Positions 1-8,853 of a stretch of DNA of 44,935 bases are shown piece after piece (position 1 is the first letter of the stretch; every line of letters begins with the position of its first letter). This DNA is from a bacterium (GTDB lineage: Bacteria > JACRDZ01 > JAQUKH01): NCBI GenBank assembly GCA_028719205.1, contig JAQUKH010000023.1:1-44935 (forward strand). Direction: 5' to 3'. Position numbers and translations under genes: made by a program. Below the pieces are notes generated by a model. The model had not been told where the DNA came from. It ran no database searches and saw only the letters and a program-made list of their open reading frames with translations.

Positions 1-1
1 C

Positions 2-127
2 CAGTGTTATGAACAGTTAGGCCAGAAAGACGAGGCTATTAACGCTTACCAGAGAGTCTTAGGGGCTTTTGATGATTTGATTTATAAGTTAACTCAGGAG
101 GCTTTAAAGAGGCTAAGAGGATATTAA
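2..127 (+). CDS. 3' end of a TPR-containing protein (partial, runs off window start)
   Basis: Frame 2 reads QCYEQLGQKDEAINAYQRVLGAFDDLIYKLTQEALKRLRGY* (TAA 125-127); CYxxLGxxDEAxxAYxRVL fits the TPR consensus. Not in the ORF track. Confidence 0.7.
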   Translation, partial: QCYEQLGQKDEAINAYQRVLGAFDDLIYKLTQEALKRLRGY

Positions 128-129
128 CA

Positions 130-178
130 GGGGCGGTTTTAAGCCCCATTATTTGGGCTCCGATGAATATCGGAGCCC
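130..178. repeat. Two tandem GC-rich hairpins, REP-like or terminator for the TPR gene
   Basis: GGGGC-GGTTTTAA-GCCCC (130-147) and a perfect 10-bp stem GGGCTCCGAT-GAAT-ATCGGAGCCC (155-178) just after the stop codon. Confidence 0.6.
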
Positions 179-182
179 CTGT

Positions 183-218
183 TAGCAGGTTGCCTAAAAA
201 ATGGTAACCTGCTATACT
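183..218 (+). promoter_or_regulatory. Sigma70-type promoter of resB overlapped by an inverted repeat
   Basis: TTGCCT (190-195), 17 nt, TGC-TATACT (213-218); inverted repeat TAGCAGGTTGCC-N8-GGTAACCTGCTA (183-214); ATG at 226 with no Shine-Dalgarno. Confidence 0.6.
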
Positions 219-225
219 TATTTAT

Positions 226-1521
226 ATGGGAAAAATTTATCAAATTTTTAAGTCTAGAAAATTAGCTATTGGTTTATTATTTTTGCTGTCAGGCATTTCA
301 ATTTTAAGCACAATATTTAACCGTGATGAAGTTGGTTCTAAAATGCTTTCTTTAGATCCTTCTACCTGGTTGTCGTATTTTGAAACAGGTGCGTTCTCTC
401 ACTCCCCTGTATTTATTTCAGTAATGGGTCTTTTATTTATCAATTTGACAATATGTACTTATGACCGTTTAAAATCAAATTGGGGGAAATTATTAAAAAC
501 ATTTTATTCGTTTGATGACGGCCACATATTAAATTTACCTTTTAATATTTTATTAAAAAAAGAAATAAACAGAGATCTCACAGAAAAAAATCTTTTCGCG
601 TCAGGATATAAAATATATAAAAATGAAGGGATATTTTATGGAGAAAAGGGAAAAATTCATTTATGGGGAACATATATTACCCATATTTGTATTATCCTGG
701 TTATTATAGCCGGAACGTTCAGCGCGTTATTCAGTTATGTCGGAACTGTCGGTATATTTGAAAAACAAGAGACAGATACTTATTATAATTGGATGGAAAA
801 GAAATATAAGGCTCTTCCATTTAAAATCAGGGTTGAAAAGCTGGATATAATTTATTATAATCCGTCTATCGAATTGGAAATAAGAGACAAAAAAGATATA
901 AAAAAATATTCATTACAAAAAGGTGAAGGAATATTCTATCAAAATGATAAAATTGTTTTTAAAGATTTTCTGCCGGACAGTATGGTGGAAAATAATGAAG
1001 TATTTTCTATTTCTGAATTTTTACGTGATCCGGGAGTGCTATTTAAAATTTATCAGGATGGGAAGGATGTTTATAATTATTGGATCTTTAAGGATATTGG
1101 ATATAAAAACAAAATTGAGCCGGCATATACTATTAATATATTGTCCAGCCAGTACTTGGTAAAAAGCAGCGAGAGTATTTTAAATATAATTGAAAATGGA
1201 GAAGTAAAATTCAGGGATTCTGTCCGGCCAAACAAATCAATATATTATAAAGGATTGCATATTTATTTTTGGGGGTTTAATCAGGATGAATATAGAAATT
1301 ATTTTACAGGCCTTCAAATTAGTTATGATCCAAGCCTATGGCTTACATGGATCGCTTTAGCAGGTATTTTGTGCGGACTTTGTATTACTTTTCTTGTTTC
1401 TTATGACAGGGTTTGGATTAAATATTCTTCCGGCCAGATTTTGATCGGAGGAAAAACCGGCGGGGATAAGGACAAATTTGTTAAAAAAATGCAGAAATTA
1501 GTTAATGAACTGGAAGGGTAA
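226..1521 (+). CDS. resB: Cytochrome c biogenesis protein ResB/CcsB (System II)
   Basis: N-terminal TMs, F..P.F..L..LL.INL..CT..R, conserved TM His in WGTYITHICIILV, large soluble domain, C-terminal TGLQISYDP followed by a TM and R.W. Confidence 0.85.
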   Translation: MGKIYQIFKSRKLAIGLLFLLSGISILSTIFNRDEVGSKMLSLDPSTWLSYFETGAFSHSPVFISVMGLLFINLTICTYDRLKSNWGKLLKTFYSFDDGHILNLPFNILLKKEINRDLTEKNLFASGYKIYKNEGIFYGEKGKIHLWGTYITHICIILVIIAGTFSALFSYVGTVGIFEKQETDTYYNWMEKKYKALPFKIRVEKLDIIYYNPSIELEIRDKKDIKKYSLQKGEGIFYQNDKIVFKDFLPDSMVENNEVFSISEFLRDPGVLFKIYQDGKDVYNYWIFKDIGYKNKIEPAYTINILSSQYLVKSSESILNIIENGEVKFRDSVRPNKSIYYKGLHIYFWGFNQDEYRNYFTGLQISYDPSLWLTWIALAGILCGLCITFLVSYDRVWIKYSSGQILIGGKTGGDKDKFVKKMQKLVNELEG

Positions 1522-1533
1522 GAGAATTAGTAA

Positions 1534-2325
1534 ATGAAAAAAATAATTTGGATCATAGTAGTTTTTATGGCATTATCATATCCCTGCGAGGCTTCTCTTT
1601 TTGCCAAGGGCAAAAAAACAGAAAAAAATGATATTTCCGGAGATACCGGCCGGATCGAAGCTGTTATTAGAGATTTATCAGGGAATTTAATGCCCGGAAG
1701 CAAATTATACATTTATTTAAATAATAACGCGGATTTTCGCGGGCTTGCTGATTATATTTCAGATAAGGCAGATGGTAATGGTAAGGCGGGTATTGATTTA
1801 AAACCGGGAAAGTATTATGTAATTGCCAGAAAAAGGGCAAAAGAAGAAGATGTAGGGCCTTTAAAAGAAGGGGATTACAATGGCCGTTTTGATAAAAATC
1901 CGGTAGAAGTAAAAGGAAAAAAAATATTAAAAATTGAAGTAGTTATGGAAAAAATTGAAGGGAAGATGCTGCTTTCGCCTTTATCTCCGAATACTTCCAT
2001 ATCCATTGAGGGAGTATTGAAGGATGAAAAAGGCGATCCTGTTAAAAACGGTTATGCCATGGTATATCATTCAAAAGGAATAAACGGCCGTCCGGATTAT
2101 ATGTCGAGGCCGTCAGATAATAAAGGAAGATTCAGAGTATATATTTCTGAAACAGGCAGTTATTTTATTATCGGCAGGATGAAATACGGGGGCCCTCCAA
2201 AACCGGAAGAACTGTACGGGGAATATGACAAAAAGGAAATTGAATTGAAGGCTAATGATAAAATAAAAGATATTGAGATCATTCTAAAACCATTTGGATT
2301 AGATTTGGATACTTTAAATAAATAA
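1534..2325 (+). CDS. Exported protein with two carboxypeptidase-regulatory/prealbumin-like beta-sandwich repeats
   Basis: Signal peptide; repeats G.YY..ARKR..GPL.EGDY..NP and G.L.D..G.P....GRPDY.S...G.F...GR.KYGGPP; paralogous to 8854-9978 and 27354-28460. Confidence 0.65.
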   Translation: MKKIIWIIVVFMALSYPCEASLFAKGKKTEKNDISGDTGRIEAVIRDLSGNLMPGSKLYIYLNNNADFRGLADYISDKADGNGKAGIDLKPGKYYVIARKRAKEEDVGPLKEGDYNGRFDKNPVEVKGKKILKIEVVMEKIEGKMLLSPLSPNTSISIEGVLKDEKGDPVKNGYAMVYHSKGINGRPDYMSRPSDNKGRFRVYISETGSYFIIGRMKYGGPPKPEELYGEYDKKEIELKANDKIKDIEIILKPFGLDLDTLNK

Positions 2326-2331
2326 AAAAAT

Positions 2332-3327
2332 ATGTTAAAAGATAATTTTGGGCGGGAAATTAATTATTTACGCATATCTCTTACGGATCGCTGTAATTTG
2401 CGCTGTATCTATTGCCTTCCCACAGAAGGGGTAGCGCTATTACCTCACGATGATATAATGACTTACGAGGAGATATTGCGGTTTGTCAGGATTATCGCAG
2501 GTTTGGGCGTGGATAAGGTAAGGCTTACAGGAGGAGAACCTTTAGTGCGTTCAGGTATCATTGATTTTATTAAAGAGCTGAAGAAGATTCCCGGTTTGAA
2601 AGATCTAAGCCTGACTACCAATGGTATAATATTTCAGGATAAGCTGGAAGAACTTTATAAAGCAGGGTTGAGAAGAGTTAATATCAGTGTGAATACTTTA
2701 AAAAAGGATAAATATTTAAAGATTACCGGCGCTAAAAATAACCATTTTACTAAAATTATCCGGGGTATTGAAGAAGCACTTGAGATTGGAATGGATCCTA
2801 TCAAGATAAATGTTGTAGCGTTAAAAGGAATAAATGATGATGAAATATTGGATTTTGCCAGATTATCTAAAGACAAAAATTTGCATATAAGGTTCATTGA
2901 ATTTATGCCTATAAAGGAAAGGGGGATTGACTGGCATGGCAGTTTTATTCCGGTAGAAACTATTAAGTTAATAATTGAAAATAAATATGGTAAACTTATC
3001 CCGTTCAAAAAAAAATATGGCGGGCCTGCTGATTCTTTTAAATTAAAAGATTCAAAAGGGACATTGGGATTTATAAGCCCCATATCTTCATGTTTTTGTG
3101 AAGATTGCAATCGTTTAAGGTTAACATCTGACGGTAAATTGCGTTTATGCCTTTTCTCAGACACTGAAGTAGACGTGAAAAATATGATCAGGAATGGCGC
3201 GAATGAAAAAGATTTGATAAATATGATAAAGCAGGCTGTTTCAGAAAAACCTAAACAGCATAATTTAAACATTAAAAATAATTCTTTTTTGGGATGCCGC
3301 AGGACGATGGCGGAAATCGGCGGATAA
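2332..3327 (+). CDS. moaA: GTP 3',8-cyclase MoaA
   Basis: D.FGR.I.YLRISLTDRCNLRCIYC, RLTGGEP, RFIEFMP, FCEDCNRLRLT.DG.LRLCL, C-terminal IGG. Confidence 0.97.
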   Translation: MLKDNFGREINYLRISLTDRCNLRCIYCLPTEGVALLPHDDIMTYEEILRFVRIIAGLGVDKVRLTGGEPLVRSGIIDFIKELKKIPGLKDLSLTTNGIIFQDKLEELYKAGLRRVNISVNTLKKDKYLKITGAKNNHFTKIIRGIEEALEIGMDPIKINVVALKGINDDEILDFARLSKDKNLHIRFIEFMPIKERGIDWHGSFIPVETIKLIIENKYGKLIPFKKKYGGPADSFKLKDSKGTLGFISPISSCFCEDCNRLRLTSDGKLRLCLFSDTEVDVKNMIRNGANEKDLINMIKQAVSEKPKQHNLNIKNNSFLGCRRTMAEIGG

Positions 3328-3347
3328 AAAACTATGGCAGAGGGAAA

Positions 3348-3830
3348 ATGAAAAATAGCAGACTGACTCATTTAGATAAAGATGGAAAGACAAAGATGGT
3401 TGATGTGGGAGATAAAAAAATAACTTCAAGGGAAGCAGTTGCCTCAGGTACTGTAAAAGTAAGTCCTGAAGTTATAAAGTTGATCGTCGAAAATAAGATC
3501 GGGAAAGGGAATGTGCTGGAGATAGCGAAGATCGCGGGGATAATGGCCGCGAAAAAAACAAAAGAGCTGATCCCGTTGTGCCATCAGATCAACCTGACGC
3601 ACATCGGCCTGGAATTAGAAATAGATAAGTTAAATAAAAAAATAAATATACAGTCATTTGTCAAAACAAAAGACAGAACGGGCGTGGAGATGGAGGCGTT
3701 AACCGCGGTTGCCGTAGCGGGGCTTACGATATATGATATGTGTAAGGCTGTAGATAAAAGTATGGAAATTGGAGAGATCAGTTTACTTGTAAAAAAGGGA
3801 GGCAAAAGTGGAACTTATGTCCGAAAATAA
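3348..3830 (+). CDS. moaC: Cyclic pyranopterin monophosphate synthase MoaC
   Basis: LTHLD..G...MVDV..K, LIPLCH, TGVEMEAL, IYDMCKAVD, GGKSG; start moved to ATG 3348. Confidence 0.97.
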   Translation: MKNSRLTHLDKDGKTKMVDVGDKKITSREAVASGTVKVSPEVIKLIVENKIGKGNVLEIAKIAGIMAAKKTKELIPLCHQINLTHIGLELEIDKLNKKINIQSFVKTKDRTGVEMEALTAVAVAGLTIYDMCKAVDKSMEIGEISLLVKKGGKSGTYVRK

Positions 3831-4278
3831 GCATAATATAATTACAGGCGAAGTTGTTTCAGTAAATATAAGCTCGGAAAAAGGTGTAAGTAAAAAAAGA
3901 GCGGCGAAAATATTGTTAATAGAAGATTTTGGAGTTGAAAATGACGCGCACGCGAAAACACCGAACAGAGAAGTAAGTTTTTTAGCTATGGAATCTATTC
4001 TAAAGACAAGAAAAAGAAAACTGGCTGTTAATCCCGGTGATTTTGCCGAGAATATTACTACAAAAGGCATTGATCTGCCTCAGTTACCGATAGGCACCAA
4101 ATTGCAAATAGGTGATGCTTTACTTGAAGTAACGCAGATCGGAAAGGTCTGCCATTCCCGGTGCCAGGTTTTTTATAAAGTGGGGGATTGTGTAATGCCG
4201 AAAGAAGGTATTTTCGCGAAGGTTGTGCATGGCGGGGAAATAAAAGTCGGGGATATGATAATATGCACAATAAACTAG
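3817..4278 (+). CDS. MOSC domain protein (Moco-associated sulfur carrier fold)
   Basis: VNIS.EKG..K, G...DAHA, R.VS.L, PGDFAENITT.G, LEVTQIGK.CH..C......CVMP.EGIFA.V..GG.I..GD. Confidence 0.9.
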   Translation: MSENKHNIITGEVVSVNISSEKGVSKKRAAKILLIEDFGVENDAHAKTPNREVSFLAMESILKTRKRKLAVNPGDFAENITTKGIDLPQLPIGTKLQIGDALLEVTQIGKVCHSRCQVFYKVGDCVMPKEGIFAKVVHGGEIKVGDMIICTIN

Positions 4279-5180
4279 CCCAGGGAGTTTATTATGAGAA
4301 TCGTGAACCGGTCCTTAAGTGGGATGATATTGCCGGTTATCCCGGAATTAAAGAAAAAGTTAAACAGCTGGTTTCTTTGCCTTTAGTTCGCGGAAAAGAA
4401 CTGGAAAAACAGGGGATACAGCTTCCAACAGGAGTAATGCTCTGGGGGCCGCTGGGAGTAGGCATAAAAATGATGGCGGAGGCGGCCGCAAGCGAAGCAA
4501 AAGTAAAGCTGGTTTACGTTTCAGGCCGGGAAATTTTAGGAAAGCCGAAGGAATTGCGGGAGGCGTTTAAAACTGCCCGTCTTAATAATCCCTGTGTACT
4601 TTTTGTTTCGGATACGGAATGGATCGCGCCCCAGCCGCACGCTGATTATTCCTGGCCCCCCATTCCCCCTGAAGGGGGAGGGCAGGGAGGGGGTTTTAGC
4701 CGCGGAAAACCAACGAGTTTAGCGGATAGGGAGATGACAACGATATTTTTGGAGGAGCTTGATAATATTTCGGGTTTGAGAGATATCGCTCTGGTTGGAT
4801 CCTGTTACCGGATTGATACGGTAGACCAATGTCTCTTTAAAGAAAAATCAAGGTTTAACAGGAAAATTTTTGTCCCGCCGCCTTCGTCCATTGAGCGGGA
4901 ATACATGTTAAAATTTTTTATCAATAAAATAAATCTTAGCGGGAAAAAGTATCTTAATATAGAAAATATTATCCCGAAAACGGAAGGTTACACCGGCTGG
5001 GATATGGAAAATTTATGTAAAGACGCGGTTGTTCAGGCTATTCAAAATAAAAGCGGGGAAATAAAACAGGAGTATTTTGATAGTGCTCTTGAAAGAATAA
5101 AACCCTGGCTGACTAAAGAAATGACAAAAAAATATTATGAACTTTACGAACAGGATTGCCCACACTATTACCATTTCTAA
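4263..5180 (+). CDS. Single-domain AAA+ protein (CDC48/FtsH-like fold) with degenerate catalytic motifs
   Basis: WDDIAG....K..V...V.LPL, P.GVMLWGP.G.G, A..NPCVLF, RF.RKIFVPPP...R, TEGYTG.D...LC..A; Walker A GPLGVGIK and Walker B LFVSDTE are non-canonical. Start placed at ATG 4263. Confidence 0.8.
   Translation: MHNKLAQGVYYENREPVLKWDDIAGYPGIKEKVKQLVSLPLVRGKELEKQGIQLPTGVMLWGPLGVGIKMMAEAAASEAKVKLVYVSGREILGKPKELREAFKTARLNNPCVLFVSDTEWIAPQPHADYSWPPIPPEGGGQGGGFSRGKPTSLADREMTTIFLEELDNISGLRDIALVGSCYRIDTVDQCLFKEKSRFNRKIFVPPPSSIEREYMLKFFINKINLSGKKYLNIENIIPKTEGYTGWDMENLCKDAVVQAIQNKSGEIKQEYFDSALERIKPWLTKEMTKKYYELYEQDCPHYYHF
4654..4695. repeat. C-run/G-run palindromic element in frame inside the AAA gene
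   Basis: GGCCCCCCATTCCCCCTGAAGGGGGAGGGCAGGGAGGGGGTT with inner stem TCCCCCT/AGGGGGA; encodes PPIPPEGGGQGGG. Confidence 0.6.
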
Positions 5181-7563
5181 TTGGTTTTCCTCTAAAGATC
5201 GTTATAAACTCGGGATATTTCTTGTTTCACTCACAACCTTATTTTACGAAATCCTTTTGACGCGGGTCTTTGCGGTTATTATTTATTATCATTTCGCGTC
5301 GTTGGCTATCGCCCTGGCGCTTTTAGGCTTAAGTATCGGAGCGGTATTTTATTATTTAACGCAAAAGTATTTCGCGAAGGATCACGATAAAATTATTTAT
5401 TATTCATTTATTTTTTATTGCCTTAGCTATTTACTTGTTTTTTTGCTGCTTATTATTTTTTCCCGGAACGCGGAAAAGGTATCAACGCTTCTCAATTATT
5501 TTCGCAATCCTTTTTACCGTCCAACCCAGTCAATAACCGCGGAATTTAATATTTCTTCTTATCTTATATTATGGTCCGGTTTCTTTTTTGTATTACTTCC
5601 TTTTGTTTTAAGCGGTTTTTTATCAAGTTTATTTTTAACAATATCCATACAGGAGATCGAAAAAATATATTTTTGGAACTTATTCGGAACAAGTTTAGGC
5701 TGTATCTTTATATTTATTTTTCTCCCGCTTTTTGGCGCCTCAAATTCATTTCTGTTTATATGCGTTTTCGGATTGTTCTGCGGGATAATTTTATTATTTT
5801 TCGAGAAAAAGAAGAAAATATTATTGGCGTCAATCCTGTTCCCTGTTTTCGCTTTATTTCTTTTTGCGGTAAAAATTGATCCTGCCAGAATAAATTTTGT
5901 AAGATTAAGATTTACCCGCCCGTTAAAGAATCAATGGAATTCTTATTCTCATGTAGCGGTTTATCCGTTTCAGGGGGATATGGAGGTAAGCGGTTCATGG
6001 GGTTTAAGCCGCGCGTACACAGGATATGTTCCGCCGCATTTAAACATGGTTGTAAATGAGATCGATTACACGCCAATAATAAATTATGACGGCGACCTGT
6101 CGAAGCTGGAGTTCTTGAAATATGATCTCGTATCATTGCCGTATTATTTACTGGAGGCCCCTAAGACATTAATAATCGGGCCCGGCGGCGGGAAAGAGAT
6201 CCTTGCTGCCAGATTATTTAACGCGAGCCATGTCAGCGCGGTGGAGATCAATCCTTTAGTTATCAAATTTGTACAGGATAAATTTAACACATTCAGCGGA
6301 AGGCCGTATAGCCTGGAAAATGTTGAGGCAATTGTAGCTGACGGCAGGAATTATGTTAAAAGAAGCCGGGATACGTTTGACCTGATAACAGCTACACAGG
6401 TTTACGCGTATTTGGACCCGGTCGGTTCAGCCTTTAGTTTTACGGAGAATTATCTTTATACTAAAGAATCGTTCATAGATTATTTAGATCATTTAAGCGG
6501 TAGAGGTATGATAGCTGTAATAAAACCTTTGATACCGGAAGAACGGCTGCGTTTATTTTCTCTGGCAAGGGCATCGTTAGAATCAAAAGGCGAAAAGGAA
6601 TTTTCAAGACATTTAATGCTTATAAAAGAACGCGGAATGAATATATTTATTGTTAAAAAAGAAAGGTTCAGCCAGGGTGAGATCGATAAAGTAAAAGTCC
6701 TTTGCGGCGAAAAACAGTTTGAGCTGGTTTTTTATCCGGGGCTGGACGGCACAGGAGACCTTTTTGATTTTATAAAAGAAAATGACGCGAACCGGTTTTA
6801 TCAGAAATATCCGCTGGATATAAGCCCGTCAACGGATGATAAACCTTTTTTCTCTACCTTTTTAAAAGCAAAAGATTTCTGGTCAGGGACCTGGCCGAAA
6901 GAAAAAAAGGATTTTCCTCTAAGGGTGATCTTTATTTTGCGTAAATTTTTATTTATTTTTCTTTTTACTGATCTTTTGCTGATAGCGGTATTTGTTCTGA
7001 TAAAAAGGAACTTAACTGTTCCTTCATATTTTTCCTTACTTGGAATAGGGTATATGCTTATTGAGATCACCTTGATCCGAAAATTTATATTTTTTTTGGG
7101 GCATCCGGTTTATGCTGTCTCGGTTATTCTTTTTAGTTTGCTTCTTTTTAACGCGATAGGAAGCTTAACAGGCGTAAAAGTAAAATATATTTTGAAAAAT
7201 AAAATAATAATATTTATTTTACTATTATTTTTAGTAATGCTGTACAGCTATCCTTTGGACAGGATATTCACTGATTTTATTTACCTGAATATTATTTATA
7301 AAATTATTTTGACAACGATACTGATCTTCCCGTTAGGATATTTAATGGGAATACCTTTTCCCTTAGGCTTGAGTTCGATAAAAGAAGAGGATCGTGAGGC
7401 TATTCCCTACATTTGGGCGGTCAATGGCGCAAGCTCGGTTTTCGGGTCGCTTTTAGCCCTGGTATTATCTATGAGTTTCGGATATAATCTGACTTTTTTA
7501 CTTGCCGGGTTGATCTACCTTTTGGCGGGAATTTTGCTTAATAAGAAAAATAATATATTGTAA
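5137..7563 (+). CDS. Polytopic membrane protein with central spermidine-synthase-like/class I SAM-binding domain
   Basis: About 7 N-terminal TMs (YEILLTR.F...YHFA; Y..NL.G..LG), central LIIGPGGG..VEINP..DGR..DLI..ENYLYT.E, STDDKPFF, about 6 C-terminal TMs (G.PFP.GL; WAVNG..SV.GS). Start uncertain. Confidence 0.8.
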   Translation: MNFTNRIAHTITISNWFSSKDRYKLGIFLVSLTTLFYEILLTRVFAVIIYYHFASLAIALALLGLSIGAVFYYLTQKYFAKDHDKIIYYSFIFYCLSYLLVFLLLIIFSRNAEKVSTLLNYFRNPFYRPTQSITAEFNISSYLILWSGFFFVLLPFVLSGFLSSLFLTISIQEIEKIYFWNLFGTSLGCIFIFIFLPLFGASNSFLFICVFGLFCGIILLFFEKKKKILLASILFPVFALFLFAVKIDPARINFVRLRFTRPLKNQWNSYSHVAVYPFQGDMEVSGSWGLSRAYTGYVPPHLNMVVNEIDYTPIINYDGDLSKLEFLKYDLVSLPYYLLEAPKTLIIGPGGGKEILAARLFNASHVSAVEINPLVIKFVQDKFNTFSGRPYSLENVEAIVADGRNYVKRSRDTFDLITATQVYAYLDPVGSAFSFTENYLYTKESFIDYLDHLSGRGMIAVIKPLIPEERLRLFSLARASLESKGEKEFSRHLMLIKERGMNIFIVKKERFSQGEIDKVKVLCGEKQFELVFYPGLDGTGDLFDFIKENDANRFYQKYPLDISPSTDDKPFFSTFLKAKDFWSGTWPKEKKDFPLRVIFILRKFLFIFLFTDLLLIAVFVLIKRNLTVPSYFSLLGIGYMLIEITLIRKFIFFLGHPVYAVSVILFSLLLFNAIGSLTGVKVKYILKNKIIIFILLLFLVMLYSYPLDRIFTDFIYLNIIYKIILTTILIFPLGYLMGIPFPLGLSSIKEEDREAIPYIWAVNGASSVFGSLLALVLSMSFGYNLTFLLAGLIYLLAGILLNKKNNIL

Positions 7564-8844
7564 CCCCCATCCCGCGAAAATAGCTAAAAAAGGCAAAAAC
7601 AAAAATCTTTGCCGGGCGTCGCCGAAGGAAATCAGAGTGTTCAGCTGCGAATATATCACTACTAAATGAAGAAGAACGAATGAAGATCTTTCCTTGAAGG
7701 AGAAAATAACTCCAATTCCTGTTAAAATTATAAAAGGTATATAATAAAACAGATCAATTATTTTCAAGCCATCCGGTATATTCGGCCAGCGGGTATGCGG
7801 GCTCCAGTACTGCCAGAAACGGTAAATTTTTTGCGGTAATAATTTAATAAATATTACCGGGTTTTCCCTGATCCAGTTTAATGCCTGCAGGTAATACTTT
7901 CTGTCAGCCTCTTTTTCACCAAGCCCTGAGGAAGAATTTTCCGGATCAAGGTCTGAAAGATACATATTCTGCCATGAATCTCCTTTCCATTTGGTCCAGT
8001 CTCTTTTATCTTCTCCCTGCGGGATCTCTTCTGAGAAGTAAAGGCGGGGTGAACCGCTTACAAGAACGGCATCGCCCACTGCCTGAGGGTTGTTGCTGGC
8101 AAGGAACATTCTTCCTCCGCCGGTGGCGATAGGGATAAAGCCGTGGAAAATATTCCAGTTGCGGATCATCCAGGGCGCGATAACAATTAGTGTTGTAAGC
8201 GTAATTGTTAAAAATATTTTCGAAGCCTTTTTTTCAGGAAATTGTAAAAATGCCCAGACAGGGATAATAAAAAGAAAAGAAATAAAATTCGGACGGGTTA
8301 AATTTGTTAGCCCAAGAAAGATTCCCGAGAGTATTTGGTTGCTGAGAGAAGAATTTGATTCTGTCTTCAAAAGAAAAAAGATAGTTAATAATGAAAAAAG
8401 GACGCATAAATTTTCTGTTAAAAACCAGCCTGAAACATAAATGTATGCAGGAATAGTCGCAATGATTGACAAAGAAAAAAATGGAAATAAAGAAAAATCA
8501 TTGGTTTTAAGGATATTTTGCGATAAGTTTTCGGAAGCGCGGAATGTGACAAGGCATGTTAAAAGCGCCAGAAGGATATGCCCAAGTTTAGCCATAGCAA
8601 AATTATGTCCGAAAAAAAGATAAATTAACGCGAGAAAAGCAGGATATAAAGGAGGTTTTTTAGCTGTTGGAATATTTGGCTGTGATCCAAATCCGCCGCC
8701 CTGGGAAAAATTATAACCTACTTTTTCCAGCCAATAGCCGTGGGATTCAGGCGGCCCGGAAAATCCTATAAAAAAAAATATATAAAAAAACCTGAGCAAA
8801 AATCCAATAACTAAAATTAAAGATAGCCAATATGTTTTTTTCAT
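7498..8844 (-). CDS. ArnT/PMT-like GT-C glycosyltransferase (paralog 1)
   Basis: Polytopic; G.GF..P..PTAKKPPLYP.FLA, LTENL, GL..LTRP, PW.IRN, GDARQR. Confidence 0.8.
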   Translation of the reverse strand: MKKTYWLSLILVIGFLLRFFYIFFFIGFSGPPESHGYWLEKVGYNFSQGGGFGSQPNIPTAKKPPLYPAFLALIYLFFGHNFAMAKLGHILLALLTCLVTFRASENLSQNILKTNDFSLFPFFSLSIIATIPAYIYVSGWFLTENLCVLFSLLTIFFLLKTESNSSLSNQILSGIFLGLTNLTRPNFISFLFIIPVWAFLQFPEKKASKIFLTITLTTLIVIAPWMIRNWNIFHGFIPIATGGGRMFLASNNPQAVGDAVLVSGSPRLYFSEEIPQGEDKRDWTKWKGDSWQNMYLSDLDPENSSSGLGEKEADRKYYLQALNWIRENPVIFIKLLPQKIYRFWQYWSPHTRWPNIPDGLKIIDLFYYIPFIILTGIGVIFSFKERSSFVLLHLVVIYSQLNTLISFGDARQRFLFLPFLAIFAGWGLQYIIFLIKQNSRQKVDQPGK

Positions 8845-8853
8845 TTTTGTAGT

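Noticed and set aside
3294-4262. Longer starts for moaC (3294), MOSC (3808) and AAA (4188)
   Set aside because: The extensions overlap upstream genes and precede the conserved N-terminal motifs.
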